The notes under the pieces were generated by a model. That model was not told where the DNA came from and did no database searches. It was given only the letters and a program-made list of their open reading frames with translations. A program made the translations under genes and the position numbers. 44,571 nt of DNA from Octopus bimaculoides (lineage: Eukaryota): the NCBI RefSeq assembly GCF_001194135.2, contig NC_068988.1:49291822-49336392 (forward strand), read 5' to 3'. Within the stretch, counting starts at the first letter, position 1, and every line of letters begins with the position of its first letter. Of this stretch, positions 1 to 11,399 are shown one piece after another.

Positions 1-965
1 CAATGTTTGATGATGGTGTATATTCGGTATTTCAGCGAAGACCTTCAACCTAATGAAGAAATGCTGTTTACAGAGAAATTTCTGTTTGATTCAAAAGGTA
101 CAACTATTTTTCACACTCTCAAATCTTTCCTTTTTGAACATAATATCCCACTCAGTAATATTCTTTATTGTGCGTCTGATGGAGCCCCTTTGATGATAGG
201 AAGATACAGAGGTTTTTCATCTCTCGTAAAGTGTGAAAATACCCACCAGGTACTAACTGTTCATTGCTTGGCACACCAGCAGCATTTAGTGGCAAAAAAT
301 ATGAACGGTAGATCGAATGATGCGCTATACTTAGTCAACTGTGAGCAAATTGAAGTCTAGTCCTTTGTCTGATCGAATTTTCTGTCAACTCGGTCTGAAA
401 AATGATGAGGACTATACTAAATCCTTATACCACACTGAAGTGCAGTGGCTGTCAAAAGAGAACAGTGTTTTACGCTTTGTTGAACTGTTTCATATAACTA
501 TATCTTTCTTTGAAGATACTCCACTATCCGCTTCATTGATCGCTGCATTGACGGATGCTTTCCTTTGTGATATATTCACAAAATTAAATGATTTGAATAA
601 GTTATTGCAAGGAAACATAAAAACTCACGTTGACTGTAAATCATTTATCACTACCTTCATTTCGAAATTGATGCTGTATAAGACTAACATTTCAAAATGT
701 CAATTCCATCAATTCCTTGAAATATGTATTGGTTGATGAGGATTTAACTGCATATCGCAAATATTTACAATCATTACATGATGACATAGTGGAGCGATCT
801 CAAGATGTTATTGCTCTGAATATTCCAAACTGCTATAGTAATCCGTTTGAGGTTGATGCAGCCGATTGTGTCAGAGCTTTTTTTTATGCAGGTGGGCGAT
901 GGATTAGTTTTTAGTTGATAGGTGGGCGATATTGCCATTTGGCGCGAAAAGTTTGAGAAACATTG
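1..965 (+). mobile_element. Decayed hAT DNA transposon (Buster/Charlie group, ZBED5/SCAND3-like transposase), internally deleted, with intact right end
   Basis: Three frameshifted ORFs (7-360, 341-736, 717-914) carry hAT motifs VYIRY, SDGAPLMIG, VHCLAHQQHL, HTEVQWLSK, LNKLLQG and NPF. The right TIR AAAAGTTTGAGAAACATTG (947-965) matches the Charlie-type CAGTGTTTCTCAAAC end. It is followed by the 8-mer CTTTATAT, which fits the NNNTANNN target consensus. The left end lies outside the window. Confidence 0.9.
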
Positions 966-1140
966 CTTTATATTATGGTTCCTAAGCCCGTTTCAATAAA
1001 TTCAGAACAAACGCGTGTGGATGCTATGATATAAACATATATCTATCCATATATCTTATACATACACGCATACATGCATATATACATGCATGCATATATA
1101 CATACATAAATACATACACATATGTATATTATATATATAC

Positions 1141-1177
<37 letters not shown>

Positions 1178-1369
1178 NNNNNNNNNNNNNNNNNNNNNNN
1201 NNNNNNNNNNNNNNNNNNNNNNNNNNNNNNNNNNNNNNNNNNNNNNNNNNNNNNNNNNNNNNNNNNNNNNNNNNNNNNNNNNNNNNNNNNNNNNNNNNNN
1301 NNNNNNNNNNNNNNNNNNNNNNNNNNNNNNNNNNNNNNNNNNNNNNNNNNNNNNNNNNNNTATATACAT

Positions 1370-1510
1370 ACATCGGAGAAAAAAGACAAGAAAGAAAACA
1401 AGAATCCGAGCCCATCCAAAGTATTAATAAGACGCTCAAGGAAGGAAAGAGAGGTTGCTTTACGTTTCGAGCCGGTGACACAGGAAAGCCCAAAAGAAAA
1501 GGGAGAAAAA
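1370..1510 (-). repeat. Copy of hammerhead-bearing repeat family H2 with the core partly deleted
   Basis: Reverse complement TTTGGGCTTTCCTGTGTCACCG-GCTCGAAACGTAAAG...CTCTTTCCTTCCTTGAGCGTC aligns by eye to 38955-39055. About 13 nt of the core and helix II are missing. Confidence 0.7.
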
Positions 1511-2079
1511 GAAATCACTAACTGTCCATACACACACACACACACACACATATACATATGTGTGTGTGTGTGCGTGTGTGTGTGTGTGTGTGCGCGCGAG
1601 TGCGTGTGTGCGTGTGTGCGTGTGTGTGTGTGTCTGTCTGTGTCTATGTATACGAGATTGTATGATTGTGCATAGAAGAGTATTCCATTTCGTTTGCAAA
1701 ACTGACAATAATTTATATGGAGAGGGAGTACATATTGATGACAGGCAGATATACGGATAAGTGCATATTTGTAATATGAACAATATAGATGAAGAAAAAT
1801 ATCTACAGTTGCCATAATGTTTGTTACATAAACAACAATAACAACCATTGGCCACCCTCATCCAATGGCAGATTCTCTGCTGGAGCACCATTGAAACTAC
1901 CTTTTGATCACATGTTGTAGTCCTAAGAAGGACAGGATGTATCTGATAATGTCATCCAAGTTATATTGTTTACAAAATAAAAATAGGATGGTCATAGTAG
2001 GTATGCTCTAGGCATAACTCTCCTAGATTACGTATAACCTGATGATACAAAGGAATCTCTTTCTCTTCCTGTTCATTAG

Positions 2080-2239
2080 ATCTCTAGAAATTACCGACAT
2101 CACATATAATACGTTTGTAAAAGGTGATGGTCGGGTTAAATACGTCGAAACTATGCGGATTATGGTTTCCATGACCGACGAGACGTGTCCCATTGTTAAT
2201 TTGTCGTTTTCCATTAAATGTCTCCTGGTTTCACTTTGA
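2080..2239 (+). CDS. Candidate terminal exon, product unknown (SLEITDITYNTFVKGDGRVKYVETMRIMVSMTDETCPIVNLSFSIKCLLVSL*)
   Basis: Pyrimidine-rich acceptor CTCTTTCTCTTCCTGTTCATTAG before 2080; only one of the three frames stays open. No homology recognised. Confidence 0.25.
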
Positions 2240-2445
2240 GCTTCTGTACTAGATTTCTAGTGCACACAATATTCAACTATTACCGCTCATCTACATACAT
2301 TTGATTCCGTCTTGCTGTGACTATTCTAGCTTTACCTCCTCCCTAATTCCTTATTTTTTTGCTCACTATATTTTTTGTTTTTGTTTTTTTTTTTGTTTTT
2401 TTCACTTTCCCTTAATATTTCTTTCTTGTTCTCACTACCGCTTTT

Positions 2446-2496
<51 letters not shown>

Positions 2497-2744
2497 TTGC
2501 CTTTCTGTCGCTTTCTCTCATTTTACCTTATATCTTTCGCACATGATACAATATATATTGGAGGAGACGAAAATTGTCCGAAGCGTTTAGAGAAAGCATC
2601 CCAGTACGTTCATGAAATATGCTGTTTTGGGGACTAATACTGCAGTAAATTAAGTATGGTGCATAGTTGGCTACTTTAATGTAATACTGCTGATATTGCG
2701 TACAACGGTCTTTCATTGAGCACCAGCGAATATTTTATTCCTAG

Positions 2745-2785
2745 TTACCAATATATCGAAGACGATGAATAACATCTGGTTGGGT
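2745..2785 (+). CDS. Candidate 41-nt exon (xTNISKTMNNIWLG)
   Basis: Acceptor TATTTTATTCCTAG and consensus donor GTGAGT at 2786, with an open frame between them. Confidence 0.25.
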
Positions 2786-3244
2786 GTGAGTATACACCAC
2801 TGAAAAATTCCAACACGGCCGAAATGCATCTGGCGTTCTCACTAAAAGCTGTTTGACAATTTTAGTCTCTCCCCAATATATATTATGTTTCTAAATACAG
2901 CGCATCCATAACAGATTGCATCTCTTGATGAACACTGCAGTAATTTGTCTTTCAACGATATATGTACATTTAAGTAAGTTACATATGACAGACATACATA
3001 GAGAGGGAGAGAGAGAGAGAGAGAAAGAGAGAGAAAGAGAGTATAATATGGATAAAATTTATACGCATATCTGTTCACATGCAGACGTACACGTGTACAT
3101 TCTGATTTGAAATTGTGGCTATAACATCACGTATATAAACAATTTAAATACCGTACGCTTGTAGGGCCAATCATTGGGTATGTAACCATTTCATGCTGAT
3201 ACCCATTTCTACTCAAGCCCTCGCAGTACCTAGCACTATTGCTC

Positions 3245-3355
3245 GATGGAGTAGCTTTCCGTTAGAACAATGGATAGAAGGCTTTACATAATTCGTTCGG
3301 TACACTGAGTTCAAATCCCTTCTTGACTATTTAGTTGTCGATAAATAAATTGCCG
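3245..3355 (+). mobile_element. Highly degenerate SINE fragment (same family as 30530-30720)
   Basis: B-box-like CTGAGTTCAAATCCC followed by GTCGATAAATAAAT, in the same order as in the intact copies. Confidence 0.5.
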
Positions 3356-3364
3356 AGCCCAGTT

Positions 3365-3383
3365 CACTTCCGTCAAGATGGCG
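3365..3383 (+). promoter_or_regulatory. Adjacent ETS and YY1 motifs (possible promoter/TSS or transposon end)
   Basis: CACTTCCG at 3365-3372 and AAGATGGCG at 3375-3383, with an ATG at 3378 inside the YY1 site. Confidence 0.3.
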
Positions 3384-3429
3384 ACGCTAAAATTTTACCC
3401 GGATTTTAGAGTCACATGTGAGGGCTGTA

Positions 3430-4650
3430 CGTATTTAGCAGCCTTTAAATGGAAGTTGCAATATATAGGCAATATATCTCATTGCAAAGCATGTCAGTGA
3501 AGAAATATCTGTGAACTTGCAAGCCTAAATTTCCTCTTTTATTTGTGCAGACAAGCTAGACCCATTTGAATACAAGCAAGTTGTATTCAACTTGTTGTGT
3601 CCAACCAGTTGAGAGAAGGATTGACATCAATATCTAAATTGTTTTGTAAAGTTGTTTTTCTCCAATTGCATCAACCCAATTGCATCAACCCAATTGCATC
3701 AACCCAATTGCATCAACCCTTACATAGCATATTCATTGCTATACCTGACTAACATGAGAAGCCGACTAAATTTGGAAACAGCATTTTGAAAAAGCCTTCG
3801 CTAACATCTGAGATGATCTGAATAAAAATATCTTCATTAATTCACTGATTCCGTTGTGAAGTATATTGCTTTCGAAATTTATTCTTGCTTCTTTATTCAC
3901 GATAACTACTGCCATTGCCATTAATATGTCTTCAGGAGATCTAAAATTGTATGGCACTTTTTAGATTTAGCCACTTTATATGTCAACTTTTTTTGGAGGG
4001 AGATGTACTTTTGCAGGTTTTTTTTCCTTGTTTTTCCAAAAACAAATTTCAACTTTGAAAAAGTCAGAAGAGTTCGGCTGGAACTGTAACGAGCACTTTT
4101 GATGTTCATCATCAAATATTATTACTATGATGTCCTTCTGCATCAGCCCCGACATATTTGTTTCTGAAGTGCTCCAAACGGCTTCAGATTTGAGCTTAAA
4201 AATACAGCCTAACAACGTGAGGATTTGCATGTCGTGAGTGATTGTTATACAAAGGAAACAAACTGCGTATAATCATTATTCCGTTTCCTAGTTTTTCATA
4301 TGTTGAAGGGTAAATCTGAAAAAGAGGTATAAGAGCTAATATTGTCCTGTTCATGAAACCTATTTTGATAAATGTTATATTTATACATTCCAAACAAAAA
4401 TGATAAATATCATTCAAATGAATATATACTGCGACATAGAAGATATCTTTAGTAGGTTAAGGTTTTAACTCAGAGTCTGGGAGTTCAGATTTGCATGCAC
4501 TCTTCATACTACTTGTCATTTTCTTGCACACCCACCCAGATTTCATGACAAAATTGGCTTAACTGTTCCATGAACCTCCAAACTATTTTTGTGAACTGGT
4601 AGCAAAGTCATTCTTGGTTTTTCGGTCTGCAGATCAACAGAGATAGTCAC
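3430..4650 (-). mobile_element. Heavily decayed hAT transposase (ZMYM1/P52rIPK-like type)
   Basis: Colinear minus-strand fragments across frames: VAVYIH (cf. A.YVHC), KLKSEAVWS (cf. LKxLSxTRWS), RTLLTFSKLKFVF (cf. LL....F.F) and RSPEDILMAMAVV (cf. QS...D...A...V). Many stops and frameshifts; matched by eye only. Confidence 0.45.
3662..3719. repeat. Perfect tandem repeat (CCAATTGCATCAAC)x4
   Basis: Four identical 14-mers starting at 3662, 3676, 3690 and 3704. Confidence 0.97.
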
Positions 4651-5344
4651 AGAGCAGCTTTCTCAGTTAATAGGCTGGCTTCCGATATTCTCGGTTATTA
4701 AGCAGAATATTATTACTTTTCTATCCCACTCTAACAGTCGAAAAATTTATCTAAGGTAAACTTTAATATTTTCTTAACGTTAAGATACAATGGACATACA
4801 GTCACAAATAGTTAATGCACACGCCAGAGAGAAAAATATACACGCCAACAAAAGGTTTATTCATACGATCATAAATTTTATATTCGATTTATACTTCAAT
4901 GAGTTAAGTCCTCTGTAACCCAACCGACGTGTTGAGATTTTGAATATTAGTGAATAAAAAGACTTATGTTTAATAGACTCTCTTTATTCATTTCTTATTT
5001 TACTCTTCGTTCATTTACTACTTCAACCATTCAATAAGCAACCGCACTTTTATTTCACTAAAGATGTAATAGCAGCAAAAATCATAAAATTATTTTGCTT
5101 GCATTTCAATGAAGGTAAAAACTTCATATCTACTGGTTTGTTGTAGTTATGGCGATTGTTTGGAATAATATATGTAAATTAATTCAAGAATAGTATTTCA
5201 GAAGCAATCATATTTGATAGAACATCGATTTACATCAGTAGATTCTGCTGCTTCATATAAGTTAGTAAAAAAACCTACAGGAAGTGATGCGAAAAAATTA
5301 AATCTTTCACCTTGCAACAAAAGTTTAAATATGTTTACAGTGTA

Positions 5345-5530
5345 TGAAAGATCGGAAACTGCCTGAGCTCAAAATAATATCTGTGGCTGGAGAGCAAGTC
5401 AAATAGATACTGAAATAGCTAAAAATTTAAACATCTCCCAGAGCAATGTCACTAAAATTGCCAAAATAAAAAAAAATCCGAACAAGCACATATCACTTAG
5501 AACACAAACTGGATGTCCTAAAACAGCGTG
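5345..5530 (+). mobile_element. Tc1-like transposase N-terminal helix-turn-helix relic
   Basis: Translation TEIAKNLNISQSNVTKIAKIKKNPNKHISLRTQTGCPKT matches the Tc1 pattern EIAKxLxISxSTV...RxGRP. A possible left end TA-CAGTC lies at 4797-4803. No DDE domain found. Confidence 0.6.
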
Positions 5531-5963
5531 ATCAAGGTTCTGATGATGAATCGAAAATAGAAGAAAATTATATTATAAATTAACCTTAAAATAAGTTTTT
5601 TTTTAAATAAAAGAAAATTTAATTTCGAATGCAAACTTTATTCAAAAGTTATATTTAAACATTAAGCTGTAGATAAAAGTTTACTCACCATTCTCAAGAC
5701 GCCGGATGAAAATTGACAGAATATTTTAATGTAAATATTGCTTTTATGGAAGATTATATGTTTATAAATGAAATTCTCAAAACCCTTAAATATGTTTTCC
5801 CTCTTATTCTCAGGACAAATAACTTAAAATTTAAAGATCACAGAGAATTTAACGTTAGACGTGAAATGGCCAACTGGTAACATAACAGGTGTCTTTGGCA
5901 CGAAAGATTTGAAAGGTAATATATATTTGCCAATTAGATTTTTTTGTTTATATTTTCAATAAA

Positions 5964-6870
5964 TCATAGCTGTATCATGCTGTGCTTATTGGGGACGCCA
6001 TAAAGTTGCAGAATTTTCCATAGCGATTCTCTGTGAACACTATCGAAAGCCTTCTTGAAGTCGATGTTGTTGACTATAAAACGCTTTTTGAACTCTCGGC
6101 ATTGTTCAATAATATTGCGTAGAATAAATATCTGTTCAGCACACGATCTCCCACTTCTAAATCTAACTTGCTCTTCATGGAAAAGTTTATTAGCTTCCAT
6201 CCCTAATCGGTTATGTATACCTTCTCTGGTACTGACAGCATCGTAATTCTGCGCCAGTTGTTACAACCGCTGGTACAACCTTCCTTTGGGAGTGAGACGA
6301 TCATTCTAAGTCACCAATCACCAGGTATATTCTCCTTTTTCCAAATCTGGTTAAACAGGTAGGTGAGCTCTTTAAGGATTATTCCTTTCCTATGTTTGAG
6401 CGTTTCAACCGGGGATTCCTCCAGTCCTGCTGCTTTATTGTTCTTCACAACTGTTAATGGCTTCGAACACCTCATGCTTTTCGATGTCGTTCCTTTGTAC
6501 GTTCAGCTGAGTAATGCTTGGTTCCTTATCTAACATCATTAGGTGATGGTTGGTTCAAAACCTCTTGAAAGTGTTCGATCCATTTTTGGACTCTGTCCTT
6601 CAATTGTTATTAGGACACGGCCTTCCTTAATCCTAAATGGAACATTGTTATCACTACGGCTTCTACTCATTTCTTTAACTATCTGGTAGTGTCTTACTGT
6701 AGTTAGCGTCTGCTGTTTTTTGTACTTCTACTGCTTTATCCTCTATCCACTTTCTCTTATCTTTGTGACAGATCTTTTTTACGTGTTTGTCCAACCTTTT
6801 GCATGTTGCATCCTCTGTTCTCCATACTTTTTTGTGTCTTGGTGTGATATCGTATTGCTTGACCTTTTTC
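5964..6870 (-). mobile_element. Non-LTR retrotransposon (RTE-like LINE) fragment: linker plus start of reverse transcriptase
   Basis: EEQVRFRSGRSCAEQIFILRNIIEQCRE...IDFKKAFDSVHRESLWKILQLYGVP (RT domains 1-3). Upstream linker KRLDKHVKKICHKDKRKWIEDKA and WIEHFQEVLN-like segment. Frameshifted and truncated. Confidence 0.92.
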
Positions 6871-7439
6871 TTCTCTTTCTCTCTCTTTCTTTCTATCTCG
6901 TTATATATATATATATANNNNNNNNNNNNNNNNNNNNNNNNNNNNNNNNNNNNNNNNNNNNNNNNNNNNNNNNNNNNNNNNNNNNNNNNNNNNNNNNNNN
7001 NNNNNNNNNNNNNNNNNNNNNNNNNNNNNNNNNNNNNNNNNNNNNNNNNNNNNNNNNNNNNNNNNNNNNNNNNNNNNNNNNNNNNNNNNNNNNNNNNNNN
7101 NNNNNNNNNNNNNNNNNNNNNNNNNNNNNNNNNNNNNNNNNNNNNNNNNNNNNNNNNNNNNNNNNNNNNNNNNNNNNNNNNNNNNNNNNNNNNNNNNNNN
7201 NNNNNNNNNNNNNNNNNNNNNNNNNNNNNNNNNNNNNNNNNNNNNNNNNNNNNNNNNNNNNNNNNNNNNNNNNNNNNNNNNNNNNNNNNNNNNNNNNNNN
7301 NNNNNNNNNNNNNNNNNNNNNNNNNNNNNNNNNNNNNNNNNNNNNNNNNNNNNNNNNNNNNNNNNNNNNNNNNNNNNNNNNNNNNNNNNNNNNNNNNNNN
7401 NNNNNNNNNNNNNNNNNNNNNNNNNNNNNNNNNNNNNNN

Positions 7440-7471
<32 letters not shown>

Positions 7472-8987
7472 TATACAAACATACATGCATGGAAGTATAT
7501 ATATATATATGTGTCAGATACAGAAATACATCTATCCATATATGTCCTGCATTAGAGCGTTACACTAATTGTAGATACATATCCGTTTAACACACGTACG
7601 CATCTATTTTGATATGGTTTCCGTTGGTAGTAATTATGTGATCGATTTTATGCATTATTTTTATGTCTGAATAATGGTCTATAAACACAATCGCATAAAT
7701 TTTGTGTAAATTTTTTAATGTTTTATATCTATGTGATGAAAGTATCCATAGTCACTGACATACACGACATAAGAATAATTTCTTGAATGATAATGTATAA
7801 CCCCAACAATATAAATTCAAATTCAGACGGCAATATGTACCCCAATCATATCAACCCTGTCCACCATACACAGGCAGGATCGCATGCCAACGTTATTTCA
7901 CTATGTGGATGAGACTATAAGGATTTATGATTGCGGAACTTCAATGTTCCTAACAAATTGCGAAAAACTTATACGAAAATAAGAAAAACATAAATCTTCA
8001 ATACAATCGCGTATTTGAATAGAAAACATGTGAAAAGTACGCAGTTTTTCAACCATGGAAATATGAAACTGCATAATAAAACAGCTAAACACAGAAAAGT
8101 GAACGACAGAATTTCGAAAGAAATTGATCGGATGACAAATTCCCACCGCAAAGAAGCATTTTGAAAACGTTCAAGCGGAAATTCGGCAGATAAAACAAGA
8201 TATCGATAAATCACTAATATTACGTTTATTTAGCAATAAACATATTCAGTTCTTGATATTCTACAGGTATCGCTTTCTTGGTGAATTTGACACAACAATG
8301 TAAATAAACTAGGTAAATAAGAAAACAAAAGAAAATAGATTGATGTATAAATCCCTCCATCACTCGCGACACACAGATACCCATTTAACCCAGACCATAT
8401 TACATTTCTTGGTCTTCGAAACCATCATCGACTTACGTCAGAAATGTGTGGGAAACAGAAGTACTGAAATAAAGTTACTATAGCAAATCCTACAATATCT
8501 GAAATATAAAAACATTATAACCATAGCCGATAAACTTCAAGACTTACATGAAGTGAATGTAATAAAAATACTTTCTCGCACACAATAAACAAATGCTCAG
8601 CCCGAGATATAACAAGTTCTTGAAGATTAAAAAAAAACATCACAATATGTAAGAGTGATAAAGTAAAATCTTCGAAATCATGTATGAAGACGGATATTTT
8701 GCGACAGATGAGGATATACTCATTGATACAAACAAAAGGATAAGGATTCAATGTGATAATAATATCTGGCTAAAAGTTAAGCTGAATATCCTATCTATCT
8801 GGACCAGTTAAAATGCATAAACACAACACCTTTTCTTACAAAAAAGTATCTCAAATAAATAAACCAACACACAAACCACCGAGTAATAAGATAAGTTTTA
8901 AATAATACGCTCTGAAACAAACATTTTAAGCTTAGGATTAAGCAAAACGAAGGATATATTCATTGTCTTCCGTTAAGGCGTAAAGAT

Positions 8988-9284
8988 ATGTTTACCAACG
9001 TTCCATTAGCAGGAAACATTAAAGAATATATTCAAATCTCTAAGAATGAAACTGTTTACAATGACAACTGGTCTAATCATTTAATTATAGGTATCTCTTA
9101 AAAGACGTACCATTTCTGTGTGAACCAAACAAAATCGAGTGACAAAAGAGAGGAGTTCCGGGTTCTTCTTGGGACCTACAGCTCTGGTGATCTAGGAGAC
9201 CATATTCGAAAAGAGATGGTTACCATGAGATGAATGACGGCACATTGGGTAGACAATAGATTCATAGTAAAGAAGGACGTATAA
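8988..9284 (+). pseudogene. Probable decayed beta-1,3-glycosyltransferase (GT31/B3GALT-like) fragment
   Basis: One frame with stops at 9099, 9231 and 9282 reads LIIGIS*KTYHF...RVLLG...IRKEMVTMR*MTAHWVDNRFIVKKDV*IY. The last block has the spacing of the GT31 motif K....(L/M)RW....C....F..K.DDD.(F/Y). By-eye match only. Confidence 0.45.
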
Positions 9285-9445
9285 ATCTACCAATTAAAAA
9301 TTCAGACCCTGTCACGTATACCTTAATATGAAAAAGCAGCAGTACAAAATAGCTTTATTTTTTGTATCTGAAACTAAAGAGCTGAAAGGATGGCGATTAA
9401 TTTAGAAATATAACTCTTCTAAATAAATTACAAGGAATTAAAATA

Positions 9446-9832
9446 CATTAGAACCTCGCAGTATGAGTGCACCATTGTACGAGTAATTTGCTGTACGAGC
9501 CGAGACTCGTGCGAATATTTTTTCTTGAAGTACGAGCAGAAATCCGCAATACGAGCACACAAATCGTCCCATTTTTAAAGTAATTCAGCTAATAAAACTA
9601 GTTTACATATTTCTTTTCAATTCTCTTTTTTATAATTGTCATTTTACTTCTAACTACTCTTTTTCTGTTTTAAAACTCATAAAAAATTATTTTTGAGTGT
9701 TTTTTGGGGAATTGGGACGGATTAATTATACTTTAGCTAATTTCAATGGGAAAAATTGATTTGTAAAACGAGTAAATCGTAAGACGAGCTCAGTCATGGA
9801 ACGAATTAAACTCGTGATGCGAGGTATCACTG
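9446..9832. mobile_element. pogo/Tigger-like MITE (Tc1/mariner superfamily), 387 bp
   Basis: Imperfect TIRs: left CATTAGAACCTCGCAGTATGAGT versus reverse complement of the right end CAGTGATACCTCGCATCACGAGT. Flanked by TA at 9444-9445 and 9833-9834; internal ACGAG repeats. Confidence 0.85.
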
Positions 9833-10656
9833 TATGAAGAAATATTGATAAAAAAAGGAAAAGTAGAACGAAGTTGTGCATGGAAGAAAATAAATGTGTG
9901 TATGTGCTTATGGGTGTTAGCGTGAGTTTGTGTGCATTGCTTCAATCGTTACATGTTATAGTAAACTCGCTAAACACACAAAAACACATACATGCATACA
10001 AGAGGGAGAGAGAAATATGGAGAGAAATAAACATACATAAAAACAGAAGAGATAGAGAAAGAGAAACATGTACAACAGGGAAAATAAAGCGAGTAACAAA
10101 TCTAACAGATTACTGTTAGGTGAAATTCTTTCAGATAGGAATGGTGAAAGAGATACATGCATGGAGAAGCGTGTTGGCTAGTCAAAACAGATAACAATTT
10201 ACTATTATTGGCACTAATTCTTCGGTTCAGCAAACAAATTAGCTACTTTGCAGAATTCTTCCTGTTTATGTCAATAAGATTTCTTTTCGCAAAATTGTTG
10301 TTTCATTTCGCATTGCATACAATTAAGGGGGTGTCATCGTAGTATGAAATAGTGTAGAATATTACATGCAGATCTGTTTATAAAAGTGCAATAAGATTTA
10401 TTTGATTATTTGCTAAAATAGAAGAGTGTATCGTGGTGTATTTTTGTTGTTTCGTTATATATGCGCGTGTATGCGTGCGTGTATTTGTATGTGCGTGTAT
10501 ATATGTGCGTGTTTGTGCAGGGGTATTTGCATGTGTGTGTTTTTCTGTGCGAAAAAGAAGAAGAATGAATCTATGTATAATCATACACATATACAGATAT
10601 ATGTGTATCTGTATATGTGTGTGCGCATGTCTTTACAAAGAGGCATACTTCATATA

Positions 10657-10800
10657 CTAGGTGTTCTTGAAAAGTTCCTGGTCATGGATAAAAGAAAATA
10701 CAGGAGGATCAGTTAATTATGATTTTATTCAACATATTCCCCACTCTGATACATATATTTATTGCAGCAGTCCTTCAGTTTTTCTAAACCCTGTAAAAGA
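10657..10800 (+). mobile_element. Mariner-like element left-end fragment
   Basis: TA-CTAGGTGTTCTTGAAAAGTTCCTGG followed by TTTTATTCAACATATTCCCC...TTATTGCAGCAGTCCTTCAG, a typical mariner 5' end. No transposase follows. Confidence 0.65.
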
Positions 10801-11079
10801 AGTGGGAATTTGGGACTCCGATCAGGCCTTTCTCGAAACCCTTATAGCCAGAATCTTTTCAGCACACCTGGTATATATATTTTCTCTTCCTGTTTCTTTC
10901 TTTCTTTCTTTCTTTCTTCTTTCCTCACCTATTCCTTTTGACCATTCCCCTCATTTTAACATACACATCTTTTCTCTCCTCTTTATCTACTTAATACTTC
11001 CACTACATTCTCAAAATTTCACTCACACCACAAGACCCCTTTGAATGAACAGTACATGGAATCTACGTCTCCACACTTT

Positions 11080-11383
11080 CCGTTTGGAATGACAAAATAT
11101 GAACTCTTATCGGAATTTACATACCATGGACAAGAGACAAGAAGCATTTCTACAACTTCTACACATCACTTTCCTTTGATAATGGAACTGCATCTATAAC
11201 AACCTACATATATTTTTATTTTCACTTTTATTCCCTTATTTCCCTTTATACTTCTTATTTCCATCTTTTTCCAAAATAACTCCTTATATTGAGCTCTAAT
11301 ATTTCCCTTTATTTAACCATCTCACATCGTCTCTGATGAAGGGATATCCCTAATATCCCAGAAACAGCTGTAAGACTAAATGT
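11080..11383 (+). repeat. Hammerhead-bearing repeat family H1, copy A (Penelope pLTR-like or retrozyme-like)
   Basis: Colinear similarity to 31330-31580 (AATGAC.AA, GGAA.TTACA.AC, ATAATGGAACTGCA, TTTAACCAT), ending in the ribozyme motif. Confidence 0.7.
11329..11376 (+). ncRNA. Type I minimal hammerhead ribozyme-like motif
   Basis: GUCU (helix I, 11329-32), CUGAUGA (11333-39), A, GGGAUAU/AUAUCCC (7-bp helix II), A, GAA, ACAGCUGU (palindromic helix III), A17 at 11372, AGAC (helix I, 11373-76). Predicted cleavage after GUA at 11372. Activity not shown. Confidence 0.75.
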
Positions 11384-11399
11384 CGGTCTCTTTTCGCTG

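Noticed and set aside
1740-1860. YVTNIMATVDIF as GPCR TM2 on the minus strand
   Set aside because: N-to-D spacing is wrong and neighbouring helices are not recognisable.
5540-5557. CTGATGA-TGAATC-GAAA resembling a hammerhead core
   Set aside because: No helix II, helix III or helix I complementarity.
11047-11095. EQY-WNLRLHTF-PFGM, resembling the Penelope GIY-YIG C-terminus (WIxxLxTxxPxGLN)
   Set aside because: Needs two frameshifts in 15 codons and is not clearly retained in copy B; too weak to call, though worth a TBLASTN.
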